From positions 17,112,001-17,176,000 of the forward strand of contig OZ059896.1 of assembly GCA_964057225.1 (NCBI GenBank): a stretch of 64,000 bases of DNA, given 5' to 3'. Position 1 is the first letter of the stretch. Each line of letters starts with the position of its first letter. Shown here one piece after another: positions 26,314 to 40,226 of the stretch. Under the pieces are notes generated by a model. The model searched no databases. It had not been told where the DNA came from and saw only the letters and a list, made by a program, of their open reading frames with translations. Source of the stretch: Auanema rhodensis (taxonomy: Eukaryota; Animalia; Nematoda). Made by a program: the position numbers and the translations under genes.

Positions 26314-28477
26314 AATTGTTTCAGATATTTCTCAGGCTTTACCTAAATCTCTTTCGCTCTCTCTTGTTCAATCTCTTCTCTTTAATTTTTTTTTCAGCAT
26401 TCGTCTCCCATGAGAAGTAAACTGACTAAGATAAAAGACATCAAGTGTTTTGACCGGATGACGATGGATCCGGAGCATCCTATGCCTGAACACAAATATA
26501 GGGATTCGTTTTCCATTATTTAGAAACAAGAACAAAACGGAAATACTATACATAGATATACATTCATCTTATAGATAAGAAATATTGGAGAAATAGATAT
26601 ATAGAAGATTGAAAGTATTTTCAAAATATGCTGAACAGACAAATACAAATGCAAGTTCAGTGAAAGAGGAACAAAGAAAATGTTTTAAAAATAGACGAAT
26701 AACGAATAAGAAGAGTACGAACATTGAAGTTGGTAGTAAGTAGAAAAGATTCCCGTTTATCTAAGATCACTTCCTCATGGCTTGATTTTAGCTATCTTTA
26801 AACATATTTTCAAATTGAAAGACCATCTACTAACATGTTGTTTGTTCTATGTTAGTTGAAGCTGAGATACAAATAATGGATCAAACCCATATAGTTGAAT
26901 AGAGTATTTGCTGAATGCATTAGAAGATATGAAGTGAGAATAAACGCTAAAAGGTCAGTCAGATACAATTTTCAACAATTAACCAGACGATAATCGTCTG
27001 ACGGCGAAGTGAGCATGAGATGATGATGATGAATCGATTAAGTAATTATATAGCTTCTACAACAGAACATTCAACCATCTTATTCTGTTGGTCATTTCTT
27101 TAACATCAATCGAAGTACCAGCATTTTCTAATTTTCATTCAGTTTGTGTAGTATTTGAGTTATAGCTCCCTCCTTTCTTCTCAAAGCACATGTTCTGAAT
27201 ACAAATTGAATGCAACCGGTCATCAAATGTGAATAAAATGAAAACAAAACAGTTTTAGTCGTACATTTACGTTGACGTGAACTTTAGCGTAAATTATAAA
27301 AATTTGAATAAAGTAGAAGAATATAGGAGGTTTGATCAACATGTAAAGCTGTATATGCTTTAAGATCTTGAAACTCATATCGGCTAATGTATCAAGCAAA
27401 AGTGGACAATTTTTTTAATTGAAATGAAATGTATATGATTATTAATGTTTATACTTAGGTTAAGCTTTTGAACAAATTTCAACGTGAGTATTGTATAAGT
27501 TCATACGAACTAAAGAAAACATAGTAAGAGTTATACATATATATATCTTACTATATATATATATATATATATTATATAATACATGTATAGTATATATATA
27601 TATGTTTATCTCAAAGAAACTAAAGAAGAAGTTCATGTTCCAAACAAATTTTTGAAGAAAAATCTATGGATTGCCAACACCAGTGTTATAACACCACCAA
27701 TGGCTTTTTTCCTCATTGTATAAAACATGAAACTAATTTTACTATGAAAATATGTGAAAAAAAACAAATCAATGAGGAAGGTGAAGACATAAAAATGAAA
27801 CTACATCCTCAAAATGCATGTGATGTATTTCCTATTCGTTCCGGTTTCACAGACTTTCATAATGAGATAAGAGATGGAAGTTTAAGCTGCTCAGTCACAG
27901 TATTTGCTGTAAGGAGTAATGGAATGAAGAAGGAGAGAGAGATAGAGAATTAAAAGAGAATGAGCAAAAAGTAAACGAATCATGGAGAAACGTTGAGACG
28001 TCACGATGTGCTGCTCTCGTTGATAGTTGTCTTAGATGTCGTTGGCTAGTTCATTCATATGTCCAAATGAGGATAACGTAGCTCATATGGAATAGAGATA
28101 GATACAACTAGTCATCCATCCTTTCTAGTACAACGCATTATAAATTATACGTATAGTATAGTAATGCTTTAAGCTTATTGGCTTGCTTAGGCCCATGGTC
28201 AGAAAATAGAAATATTTGCGGAGATTGTCAGGAAAAAAAGAATAAGTTATAGCAAGCTGAGCTGAAGATGAATTGATAAGATCAAGTTGTAAGTGAATAC
28301 AATCAATCAGATTTTTTTTCGAAGAATAGGTTGTTGTTCCCAATGGGTAAAGCTAGAGAAGCAGAAAAGAATAATAAATTGAAACGAACACTCACACAGC
28401 ACATTTATACATGCGTGTTTGTCTTTTTTTACCATCACCTCCCCCCCAAAAAAAAAGATTTGAATTTTTTTCATTTG

Positions 28478-28478
<1 letters not shown>

Positions 28479-28542
<64 letters not shown>

Positions 28543-28547
28543 TTCTC
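28479..28547. repeat. (CT)n microsatellite, interrupted
   Basis: Long CT run. Confidence 0.95.
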
Positions 28548-30990
28548 TGTCACTCTCTCACTCTCTTCATCTCTCCCTCTCTCTTTATTTCTGTCATATT
28601 TGAGATATCTATTATAGTATTTTTACAATTTATCTCGCTTATTCTTTCTTTTTTCATATTCTTCAATAAATTATTTTTCCTTAATTTTATGTTTCTTATG
28701 TTGTCAACCCCTTCTCCTCACAAATTTCTAGATTTCTTCTCTCCTTATTCGCTCTTTCCCTCTCTCTCTCTTTCCCTCTCTCCCTCTTTCTCTCTCTCCC
28801 TCTTTCTTCATATACTATTGTGGTTCTCGTCCCTTGTTCGAAATTTTCAAGTTCAGATGATGATTATATTTTAAAAAATTTTTTAATTTACACATAAGGA
28901 TATTATACATTTATTCATTTTCACTTCCTCCTCCATCAGAATCCAAATTTACCCTTCTTTCTTTCTCTCACTCAATTTCTCTTTCTTTCCCTCTTCATTT
29001 CATGCCTTCCTTACTCTTTTTTTCCAAGTCATTCTCCTTTATCATTCTTCACTTTCTTCAGATCCTTCAACTCTTCCTTTTTTCTAACTTAGATAGAGAA
29101 GTATGCTGCTTTTGGCAGTTAGAACTTAACAGAATATGAATTTTACAAAAAAAATAAAACATTCTAATCAAAGGAAACCTTTTTCTAAAAAAAAAAACGG
29201 GACAATTATGAATATAATATAATATATATATAGATAGATTAGATATTTGGCATAGTTAAGTTTAGAGGAATAAATTAATAAAATCTGTCATGTTTCATTA
29301 CAGCAATTACAATTTCAAATGAAAAATGGTTCCACGCATATGTAGCAGAAAACTAAATTGAATTCGCGTCGTTATATGAAGCTCTTAAACGGCTATCGTG
29401 TTCACTTCTCAAATATCTGGCATCTCTGTTTCCATTTTCCATTTTGCTTCAAATCTTTCAACTTCTCTACACTCTGGCCATTACCTTACTCACTTGTAAA
29501 TTTTGCACAAGCTTGCAACTCCCACCTCCTTGTTCACATCTTTATAATCGTTGATCAGATTTTCTGATAGAACAAGAATCCGTTTCCAGCAAATGTGGAA
29601 ACGAGGAAAAACCTTTTCATACAAATCAACAATTCTGTTCTGACAGAAGATTTTATTAAAGAAGACATTTGCCCTCAAGAATATCGGTGAAACGTAGCGA
29701 TTGCATGAAAAGTTGCTTTTGGCTTACTGGAATAATGGAGAGGGGGAAGGGTGCGGGTAAATTTAAGTGGCTGCCAGGAAATTAGCAGTCTGTTTACAAA
29801 TTAGGCTGTTAGAAGATGTGAGGCATAACAAAAACAGAGTTTCTAGTTACCACTACAAGCTATTCTCTTTGAGCAGATCCCGCTCTCCTTCTCAATTCTC
29901 TTTGAATGGCCACATCTCCCGTGGTATTTACTATATCTACCTTCTCTTCCCACTCTCGAATGTTTTGCCTTCTTAAGCTTGCTCAAGTTGGTTCACGGCA
30001 ATGGTGCTCTCCGTTGTCCACCAACATTCTCATATCTGATACATCGTTTGGACTAGTACGGCTCTTGCATGTCAAACGCGTTAGACTGGAAGGTTCACTG
30101 AGTTTCTCGGATATGAGAGTATGAAAGTTTAGTAAGAAATGAAAAGAAAAGCTACTAGTGAGGAATATATGAACTGAAATATATTGGCACGGAATTAGCT
30201 TAAAGAATTTGAAAAAGAGAGAGGGTAGAGAATAAAATTTAGAGAAAGCTGAAGAAGAAGAAGAAGAAGGCATGGAGTGGTTATGACAAGGTTAATGAGA
30301 TCAGTCATTTTTAGATTTTTAAGCTTTGAAAGCCTTGCTCTATAGGCATCAAACACTGATTGACTACAAGCCGAGTAACATCAATCGGATATTAGCTTCC
30401 TATATGTCCTTGGATATTCGATCTGTTTGAAACATTTCTAAAATATTTTTTTCACATCTTTTGCAGACGGTGCATGGCCTTCAAATTATGAAAAAAAAAG
30501 CATTTAATTAGAACAAAAAAAGTAATTTTTTCTTGAAAATAAAAAGAAAACTTTTCTTTTGTGTCTTAGCAAGGAAATAAAAATATACTCGTTTCCATAA
30601 CGAATAACGAATAAACGAAAAAAAGTGTCAAATTTCGTTAATTTGATGACTTTATATTAAAATAGAAAGCTTTAAAGAAGAAGAGAACGGAGAGTTAAAG
30701 TATATCAAAAGCAAAGGTTCGGGAAAAAAAAAACAAAAAAAAATTATTTTATACATTTATGTGAATGAAAGCATATACATATAGTGACGTGAAATGTAGA
30801 AAGAAACATTGAAGAGATAATTAAATTTTCAAAGCTTGAACTCATAATGTTCTATTCTACAATAGAATGTTATATAGAGAGAAGAGTTTGGTGAATGCTC
30901 AGGTAGAGTTGATGCAGGTAAAAAATTCATTATTTACTCTTTTGTTCCTTTAGAACAAAGGTATGTGAAAACTCTCTCTCTCTCTTTATT

Positions 30991-30995
<5 letters not shown>

Positions 30996-31051
<56 letters not shown>
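30996..31051. repeat. (TC)n microsatellite
   Basis: About 27 TC units. Confidence 0.95.
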
Positions 31052-31055
<4 letters not shown>

Positions 31056-33934
31056 TTAAAACTTTAAAACAAAAATTGTAGTCGTCATGATAGTTTTCAT
31101 GATCTTTCAACATTTCTCATTATTTCTTATTTTTGTTTCTTTTTTTTTTATTTCTATGACTCTTGTAATAGTCTCTTTCTCTCTGTTAGATCTTTTTACC
31201 TCTCTCTCAATGTTCCTTTCTCTTATTCTACATTCATATTCTCTTACCACCCTTTCTCTCTCTCTTTTTATAACTTAAAAAAATTTATTATCGATATAAA
31301 GGAAGAAGGTTAAATAAGGAGAGTAGCTGGATAATGGAACATGCTTTGAAAAATACATATGAATGTAACGACTTCAAACTGCATTCATATTCAAATGACA
31401 CAAGGATAACTCTTGCTTTTGAACCTTTGACTACAAGGGGGATTTGTTTTTCAGAAAAAAAGATGAAAAGATAGAAATAAATTTCAGGAGAAATGTTACA
31501 AATCTTGTAGTTATACTGATGTTCGATATGAAATCACTAAATATTATATATATAAGACAAAGAAAGAACAAGAGAAATTGAGAAAAAGAAGAAGTAGGAA
31601 GGAAGAGGGGGGAGGGAGATAACCAGAAAAGATTGAACTTGATAAATGGTTAAAGTGAAGATGAAGATGAAAGTATGGGAAAATAAGCAGAAATACAACA
31701 ATCATGTTCATATATGTATATGTTTGGATATTTTTTTTATATATATATAATATTTATTTTATTTTTCAATTATTTTATTTAATAAAATTATATAAAATAA
31801 ATTTATATGTTTTTAATAATTCTATAATTAAGATTTTATAATTAAATTTTAAAGCGATAACCAAAATCTTATAAGCTTTTTAATAAAAAAATGAAAATGA
31901 AACCCTGAAAGAGAAAGAGAGAAAGGGAGCAATGAAGGACGGGATATGTATATGGAAAACAGAGCGTGAGGTGGGTACAACGATAGAAGCTTAAGATGTC
32001 TGGATGAACAAAAGTATAGAAGTCAGATGAAAGATGCAGATGAAGTAGAAGAGTTAATAGAATAGCAAGATATACTAGAAGAAGTGTACCGGAAAAGTAG
32101 TTGAATTCAATTAACACTCATCGTCATCAGACTATATATGGTCGACAGCTGGATTGCCATGATCTGTCTTCTATCCTTCATTCTCGGCCTTCTCAACTCC
32201 TCCCTTTACACTTCGTCAAACGTTTATTCTCCGACATCTTTGTCCATTTCTTGCATTTCCAGCATCATACAGAAAAGATTTTTCCTTATTCGATTGAAAA
32301 GAAAAAAATGTTCCACGTAAAATTTTATCCGAATACATGAATGTGTTTGTATTTCATTCATCTAAGCTGCAAGCATAGAGAGCTTGAATTGCAAAGCAAA
32401 AATCATGGTTGTCATATTTGGCGAACTTTACTCTAATTACTCGGAAGCAAATGGAGTAGGATAACATGAAATAAGAAAAAAAATTGTATTTGACTGAATG
32501 AAATGAGTAAAATTGAAGTTTTGAATCAGTTATTTGGACAAGAAAAATATATAAAAGCTTGTATTCATCATAATCAAGATAGATGTTGATCTAGAGTCAT
32601 CTCATAAATAAACTTCATTTGGTGAGGAAAAAATTGAAGATTTAAATAGCAAATAACTAAGAAAAAGGAATCTTATGTAAGCTATAAATGGGCTTGTTCC
32701 ACAACAATTTAGATTAAATGCCAACTGCTTTTTGATTTAAATACAAAGAAAGACTGAGAAAGCTGGAAATGAGAGTACTTGCAGAAGAAACCACATAGCA
32801 TGAGACTGCTGTTGGCAGTTAAGTTACCAAGTAAGGTGTTGTAATTAAAATCTCTTCGAACTTAAATTAAAATTAAAGAAGCAATTGAAAGCTTTTGAGC
32901 AGCTCAAAAATCAACAATTTCCTGAATGGCATTGAAAGAAAGCCATAGTTTCATGATCATTTGTCCGAGAATGGAAAGATCATAAATGTTACAACTTGAC
33001 GAGTTTGAACTTCTCATTCAAGCTCATTGCAACAGTTTTAACGGCATCATTCGAAACTCAGTAATTGGGCAGTTGTGCAGTTTTTTTTATTTCATATCTG
33101 ACTTTTTGCTCGGTGTTCGTTATGAGATGAAGGAAATTTCTAGATTGGTATGAAAAGGGAAAGAAGTCAATTGTGCCAACATCCTCATCCTCATATAATC
33201 GTCCGCAAGCATCAGCATCTTCTGCTCATCTTCCATGCTCCAGCCGTCAAAAATGAACGAAAGTTCATTCAAATAGACATGAAGAGAGGAAACATAATGA
33301 ATGAATATTTTAAAAATTGATACATAATGTTATAAATATTATAATTTATATATAAACATTTAGATTAAAGTTCGAAAAAACATAATAAAACAGAAAAGAA
33401 AGCAATGAAAAGAGGAAGGAAGGCGAGTAAGCTAGAGAACGCCGAAACAAAACAATAAACTCCACCAGAAAAAAATAATTTATAATCGAATGGTACGGAA
33501 GGAAGATACAGAAATGCACCTCCCCTCAACCCCCTCCCAAAAGGAATATCATTTACAAGAGCATTCGTTTTTTAAGGAAAAAACCAAAACATTTAAGACG
33601 AATCAAATTTTATATCTGAGACTATTGTGATTAGAAGAATATGAAATAGAATAAGAAGAAGTGGACCACATCCACCACTACGACAACGACGACGACAATC
33701 AGAACATATGCCATGATCAATTCTGAATAAACGACGAGAAACGAGAGGAGATTTTGGTCGAAAAGATGTAGTGGGTGGCGGAAAGTTAGAAGTAATTTAA
33801 TACTGGCTCCTTTTTCTACGAATAATAATGTCTATAGCTACGTTTAATGGATAAGATTTACTAAAGTAATAAAAATTCATGAGAGAGACAAAAAACTATT
33901 GAAAGAGGATGACAATACAAAGGGAAAGTCATAA

Positions 33935-33937
<3 letters not shown>

Positions 33938-33981
<44 letters not shown>
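33938..33981. repeat. (AG)n microsatellite
   Basis: About 22 AG units. Confidence 0.95.
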
Positions 33982-33983
<2 letters not shown>

Positions 33984-34263
33984 AGACAAGAAGAATAGGA
34001 AGAGTAAAGATGAATTGACTGGTGATTGAAACAATAAAAACTTATTCAACTTTTTCATATCTATGGATATAACAATAAAATATTCAATATACAATATATT
34101 TTGTTTATTTTTGATTAAAATTATTTAATTAAGAACAACATTTCCTAGAATCTTTCATTTAAAAATATCGAAGAGAAAACTTATTTTAATGCTATAAAGC
34201 ATTCTTGATTGAAAACGAACGACAAAGAGAATTTTCACCTTATTTCTTTTGGCTGGAGTAGTA

Positions 34264-34295
34264 TACAGTCCTGTGCAAAAAACCTCGGACACCCC
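34264..34295 (+). mobile_element. Solo Tc1/mariner-like terminal inverted repeat relic
   Basis: TA followed by CAGTCCTGTGCAAAAAACCTCGGACACCCC resembles Tc1-family termini (TA target site, CAGT...CAAAA). No partner TIR or transposase was seen. Confidence 0.4.
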
Positions 34296-37200
34296 TATGT
34301 TAAAGGCCACAGAAAACCCCTTCAAACTACAAAAAAAAATTTTTTTTAATTTAAAAACTTTGCGAGTTCATATAGTTTATATTCAGTCAAAATATATGTT
34401 AACTGATTTCAATATTTTTTCTAAATTTATAAGGAAAAATAGTGTTTTTTGAATATTTTGAATAATCTTTTTTGATTTAACAAAATTTGAGAGGGCAAAG
34501 TCTCACATAAAGATTCCTCTGAAGTTTCTTATCTTTAATAGTTTTACAAACTCTTCGATTTCATAGTTGGTTGGCTTTAGTTCTTTCTTTAGATTAGTCA
34601 ATCCTTCAAATTTAGAAATGTTCCATTTAGTCATTTATTACACCTAATTTTATTAATCTATAATAATACCATTTTCTTTCTAAAACCAACATCCATCGAC
34701 ATCCTTGAAATTTCAAAAAAGTGAAAAAATGACATAAAACTTACAGATTTAGACAAAAAACAGAAAATGAAAAGTTAAATCGACATCCCGACCAAATAAT
34801 TTGTTGAAAATAACATAAAAAATTGGTTGAAATAAGCACTTTTTAGTGCTTCGAAAATTCACTTTTTTTTAAAAAAAAAGTGTAGTAAATAAGATGATTG
34901 TCTGACTTCAGAATATGAAAAATGTGTTTAAAGCGGGTGAAATGTTAAAATGGTATTATAAACCCTCGTATAAATACTACTAGTAGGAGAGCAAAACTAA
35001 AAAAATCATTTTTTTTTAATAGATGGTATCAAAAATGTAAAGAATTTTTACCAAAACTTAACCACGTTAAACGTTTTTTAATTGAAAAAAATTAAAAAAT
35101 TGCAATTCCTTTATGTTATTGTAAGTTAGATATATCAGTTTTGTCGTTAAACTTAATCATAGCTATTACTTTCATGCGAAACATGTCAGACTAGACGTGA
35201 GAAGGAGACGAGGACGCCGACAATGACGGAGAAATTCTGAGAAGCCGAAGAAGGCTGATACTGAACTATGTATCGGAAGGCTGCTAGGGAAGATTTTTTA
35301 AAGTCATCGAACTATGGAAAATTTGTGCTGCGTTTTTCATGTTCCAATACGTTTTCTCAATGCTCTGTCATCTCATCGTTGTCCTTCCTCTTTCTCACTT
35401 TTCCTCATTTTCGCTTCACGTCCATGTGTTTTTTGCCTTTTTTTTTGTTTTTGAACGACAAAAAACATAACTTTATAAGCTTTCTTTCTCGAGGTGAGAA
35501 GATGATGAACATCTCGTTCTTTCTAAATCGGTCATCTGCTTGTCTGCTATGACTATCTGACATACAGAGCTGGCAAAGAAATAAGAAGAGAAATTATGAA
35601 TAATAAGAATAAGAGAAAATAAAAAAATAAAGTTTAGAAATATATAGTTGAATAAAGTTTTTTAAAAGAAAAAAGAGCATTTTGTGTCACCCCGGATGCC
35701 AAAGAAAACAGTTTTGCAACAGCAAGAATGGGCGAATTTGGCTAATGGGCAGATGGAAATATTTTAGGTAAATTCATGAAAGTTTTTACGTTCGAAGAAC
35801 AAAAAAAATCTAAGCCATGCTTGAAACGGGGTTATAAGACTAAAATATCTGAAAGAACAACAGGAGAAAGAAAAGTTGGAAAATCTGAAGCGAAATTTGA
35901 AAAAAGATGAAGTTGGAGGCTCGGAACAAGAAGCTACGTCATACAAAAGAGATAATACATGATTAGGAGAAGAAGTTACATCACTATTATTGTAAGAAGT
36001 AAGATGTTAATAGCATTCTGAATAGTATGAATTGGAAAAAAAGTTTTTATGCGTACAAACTACAACAAGTTCTTTTATGGAAGAGATGTGTGTGTGTGTG
36101 TATGTTTATAAGCTTAAGTTAGTAAAGAACTGTATGAATGATGAATAAGACAACAAGAAAACATGATAAACGATGAATATAAAGAAGAAAATATGAAGAT
36201 GATGATTGTGATATAGTAGAAATGATTAGTGTTAGTCTGATAGTCTGATAGTTTGATAGTCAATAAGGAATATCTCTCGAAACGAAGACCTGTCATCATA
36301 GAGCATACTTCATTTCAAATGTATATATCTTCGATTATAAGGATTCTATTACGAGAAACCTTTATTAATGTTTAGTCTTTATGGTTTGAAAGAGAGAGAG
36401 AGAGAGAGAGAGAAGTAGTAACAAATAAGGATAATATTATATATTATATATTCATATAATGAACTTTATTCATTTTATCATGTAATGACGAAAAACGAAA
36501 CATCTTGAACAAGTTCTTAATCAAACCCATATTTTGAGGACAATGAGCATGAATAAGAGACATAATCATCATCTTCTTCTTTCATTTTCCGCATTTGTTC
36601 ATTTTTTAAGAACTATATACTCTTGCTCTATCTCATGAGCACCACTACTTCACAACTTTAAAACACTTTCCACTTTGAAACTTTTGAAATTTCTATTTAT
36701 CACTATTAAAGTTTTAGCATAAACTTGAATCTTAGAGCTTTTCTTCCTTGTTTCTCTTTTTTTTTGCTTTTAACTCATTATTCTCATCATTTATCCTCTT
36801 TTCTTTTATTCTTCTTCATGTTTTTCTATCGAATATTCGTTATGAACTATTCATTTTAAACTATTTTTATTATATTTTAAAAGAATTTTGATTTTTTAAT
36901 GTTTTTCTTTTTATTTTAAATAATTAAACGAATAATAAAAGTATTATTCAAGCAATCACTTGGTCTTTATCACTCCTCCAATTGTCCACTATTTGTTTAC
37001 ACACACTCTACCCTCTACTGAAGATGGATTATATGAAGACGCTATGCTATAACTTGCCTTTCTTTCTTCTTTCTATCAAGATTATCTTTTCAATTTTATC
37101 AGTTTCTTCTTCCTCAATCTACAAACTTTTTCTGTTTTCGTTCTTTTGTTGACGTTCTTTTTGCATTTTCTCATCAATTTTTTTCTAATCAAATATCAAT

Positions 37201-38937
37201 TAAACCACAATTTTTTTTGCCATCAACCTCACAAAACATAACTTTCTTCTTTTCCTTTCACTTTTTCTTGCAAACTTAGCTGGTGTCTGATTACTACTGA
37301 TAAAACGGTATAGGACATCCTTATCGTTTATGACCAGCTTCTAAGCTTCTTGTTCAAACTTAGCGCTTTATGCTCTCTGACTAGCCATCTCTCCTGATTC
37401 ATCATTTCTTAATCTGTCTCTCATGTTGTCTTACCTTCTCTATTCTCTTCTATCTCATGCGAATAGAAAAGATTATGAACCATTCATGTGAACCTTAAGT
37501 CTTATTGCATATACATACATAGCATGATTATACATTCCGCTTAACTATATTATCAATCTTAACTATATAATGTATCATGAATCTTTTAATATTTTATTCT
37601 TTTGTCACAATCATTAGCTATATGTTTATGCCGTCCACCACACTCATCCACACATACACACACTTACACTCTCAGAAAACCTCTCCTCTTAACAGCGAGG
37701 CAAGATGAGAGCAAAAAAAAATATTTTTTTTTAATAAAAAACATTCAATTCGAATCATATGTCTGTGTGTTTCTTCGTTTAACTACTGTCACAATATTGG
37801 GTCGAGCTATCGAGCCCTTCACGATGCAATCCATCTTATCCTGTCATCATAGAGCTCAATACCACGCCCCTCTCTATCTTACCAACCTATATTGATTGAT
37901 ATAATACTTTATTTAGATGATTCCACTAATTATACCAATTGAAATTGCACAAAAAATGCTTATTTATTCCTAATTTCTATTTCTTTTTATCATGTCGGCA
38001 CACTATAAATGAAATGTCGACCCTGATTACCTTAAGTTCATCATCACTTGCCTCTATTAATTCCGATGCCGCTATGTAGGTGTTAAAACCTGCAGTCATG
38101 TTCATAAATTTTTTTTCTACCAAATTGATAACAAAACATTCTCACTCAGTCATACAGGTCATCACTAACTCATCTCTTTCTCTCTCTCTCTCTCTCTGTT
38201 TCTCTTTTTCTCTCTTTCTCCCATACTTGCATACTTTCTCGTTCGCATTGCCTGTCCTCCGGTCCATCTTGCGAGCTCTCAGGCTGATAGCATGGTTCAC
38301 TTCCTCTCGTGCCCTGAGAATTATTAAAGTTCTCAGTCTATATTATTTTCTCAGTATTATTCATTATTATGTTAATTTCACGATATAGTATATATTTTCT
38401 TTTTGAGTTTTCTCGATGTTGTTGTCTTCTCATAACAGCAATCTAATTCTTAATTTTCTATTCTCTTTCTTTGCCTCAGTTTCATTCTCACCCGTTTCTG
38501 TCTCCCCTTTCCTCTCCCCTTCTCTCTTTCTCTCATTTTTATTTCACTTTTTTTATTTCAATCATATAAACCTTCATCTAATATCCAATTTGTTCCTGAA
38601 TCTTTCTTGAAGACGTTCTTGCTTTCTTTGCTCTTTTCTTGCTATTTGTTGAATGATTCTCTTTCTCATCATCTTCTTTCCTTTCTTTCTTTCCCTCTCA
38701 TTCTCTTTATTTCTCTTATTCTCTTTGATATATAAGCTTAACGTCTATTCACTATCATTTGTCTCTTCAACCTCATACTTTTGATCAGCACTTCTCACTG
38801 CAATGTATGGCATTATCAACCTATCGTTTGCCATTTAGATTATTGAGCTGTTCTATTCACTTATGTCTGATATTTAGCACTCTCAATTTCTATTCGGAAT
38901 ATTTATGTTTTCTTATATGGGTTTTTTATTTTTCTTC

Positions 38938-38977
<40 letters not shown>

Positions 38978-40226
38978 TTTACCGTTTTTTTTTCTCTCCT
39001 TTTCCCTCTTTTTCTCTTTCTCTCTTTATTCCTCACATTTCCTCATTTTCACTTATTCTCTCCCTTTCAACAGTTTCACACACACGCACATACACACCGT
39101 TTGCCTTTTTTTCATAGTAAAAAAAAATATAAAACAACCGCAATCGCTCAACATCAACACTTGAAATGATGATATTCAAATTTTATTTGTTTTATTTATT
39201 TATTGTTTCCCGCCACTTGTAAGAGATCTATGTGAGATGATTATGCTAATGAAGCTACTTATGATTCTTCTTCTCTTTGTATGTATCATATATAATCTTC
39301 TAAATCTTGTCTTAAAACATTGTATAATATGTGTTAATGCTATATATGATGCTCTATACTAATTTATATGAAATAGTTTTTGCTGTATTTGACAAATAGG
39401 AAGATTTATGATGATCGTTGAGTGTAGAATGATGACTTCCTGCCATCATCATCAATTGTTCTTCGACAATCTGCCAGAAGGAAGATTGTGAGCTATGAAC
39501 AGAGATACTCTCTTCATTTCTCTTCCCTATCCATACATGAATGAACATCATATAATTCAAATTTAATAATAATATGAAGTTAATTATGACAATCATTCTT
39601 ATCATTAGCCTGAATAATATTCTCATTTCTTCATTATTTCGCTCAATTATTTATTTCTTTAGCTATATCCTATAGTTTATATTAATAAAAGAAAGAGATA
39701 TGTATACATTAGTCATGTAATCTGGGCAAATATCCGTGCTCTATTAGGTCATGTCTCTCAATCCTTTGACTTTACCGCTAATCTCTCATTCATTAGATGA
39801 CAGTTGAGAAAAGTATTTTGATCTGTTTTTGTTTCTGCCCCCCCCTCCTCAACCTTGCTTGCCTCTCTCCTCCAATCGGTCGTCTCTGTCTTCTCAATTC
39901 CTTTTACGTTTGACCAGCCTTGCACCCTCTTTAACCTAGCAATCCATGCTGCTGTCCTCATCAACAAACTCCATATGTCCTTTTCGTCATCTGAACCTAA
40001 TTAATATTTCTTTTTTTCTCTTCTCATCATCATCATCATCATCAAATTGTATCTATCAAGATACCTAAAGATCTAATGTTTATCTTACGTTCAATAACTT
40101 TTCATCCATATCTTAGTCAAATCGCAAACATTCGTTATTATCTGATTCGACTAATTAGTCATTTTTCAGATTTAATCGGTTATCCCAGAAAGTTTTTTAC
40201 TTAAGCTTTGTATCAGTTTCCGCGAA

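Noticed and set aside
28180-28200. Single TTAGGC hexamer as a possible telomere-addition or DNA-elimination site
   Set aside because: One hexamer is expected by chance; there is no array and no supportable palindromic elimination motif.
29358-30273. GC-richer island with short ORFs and a GTGAGT donor-like site
   Set aside because: No consistent multi-exon model or recognisable protein; more likely regulatory DNA.
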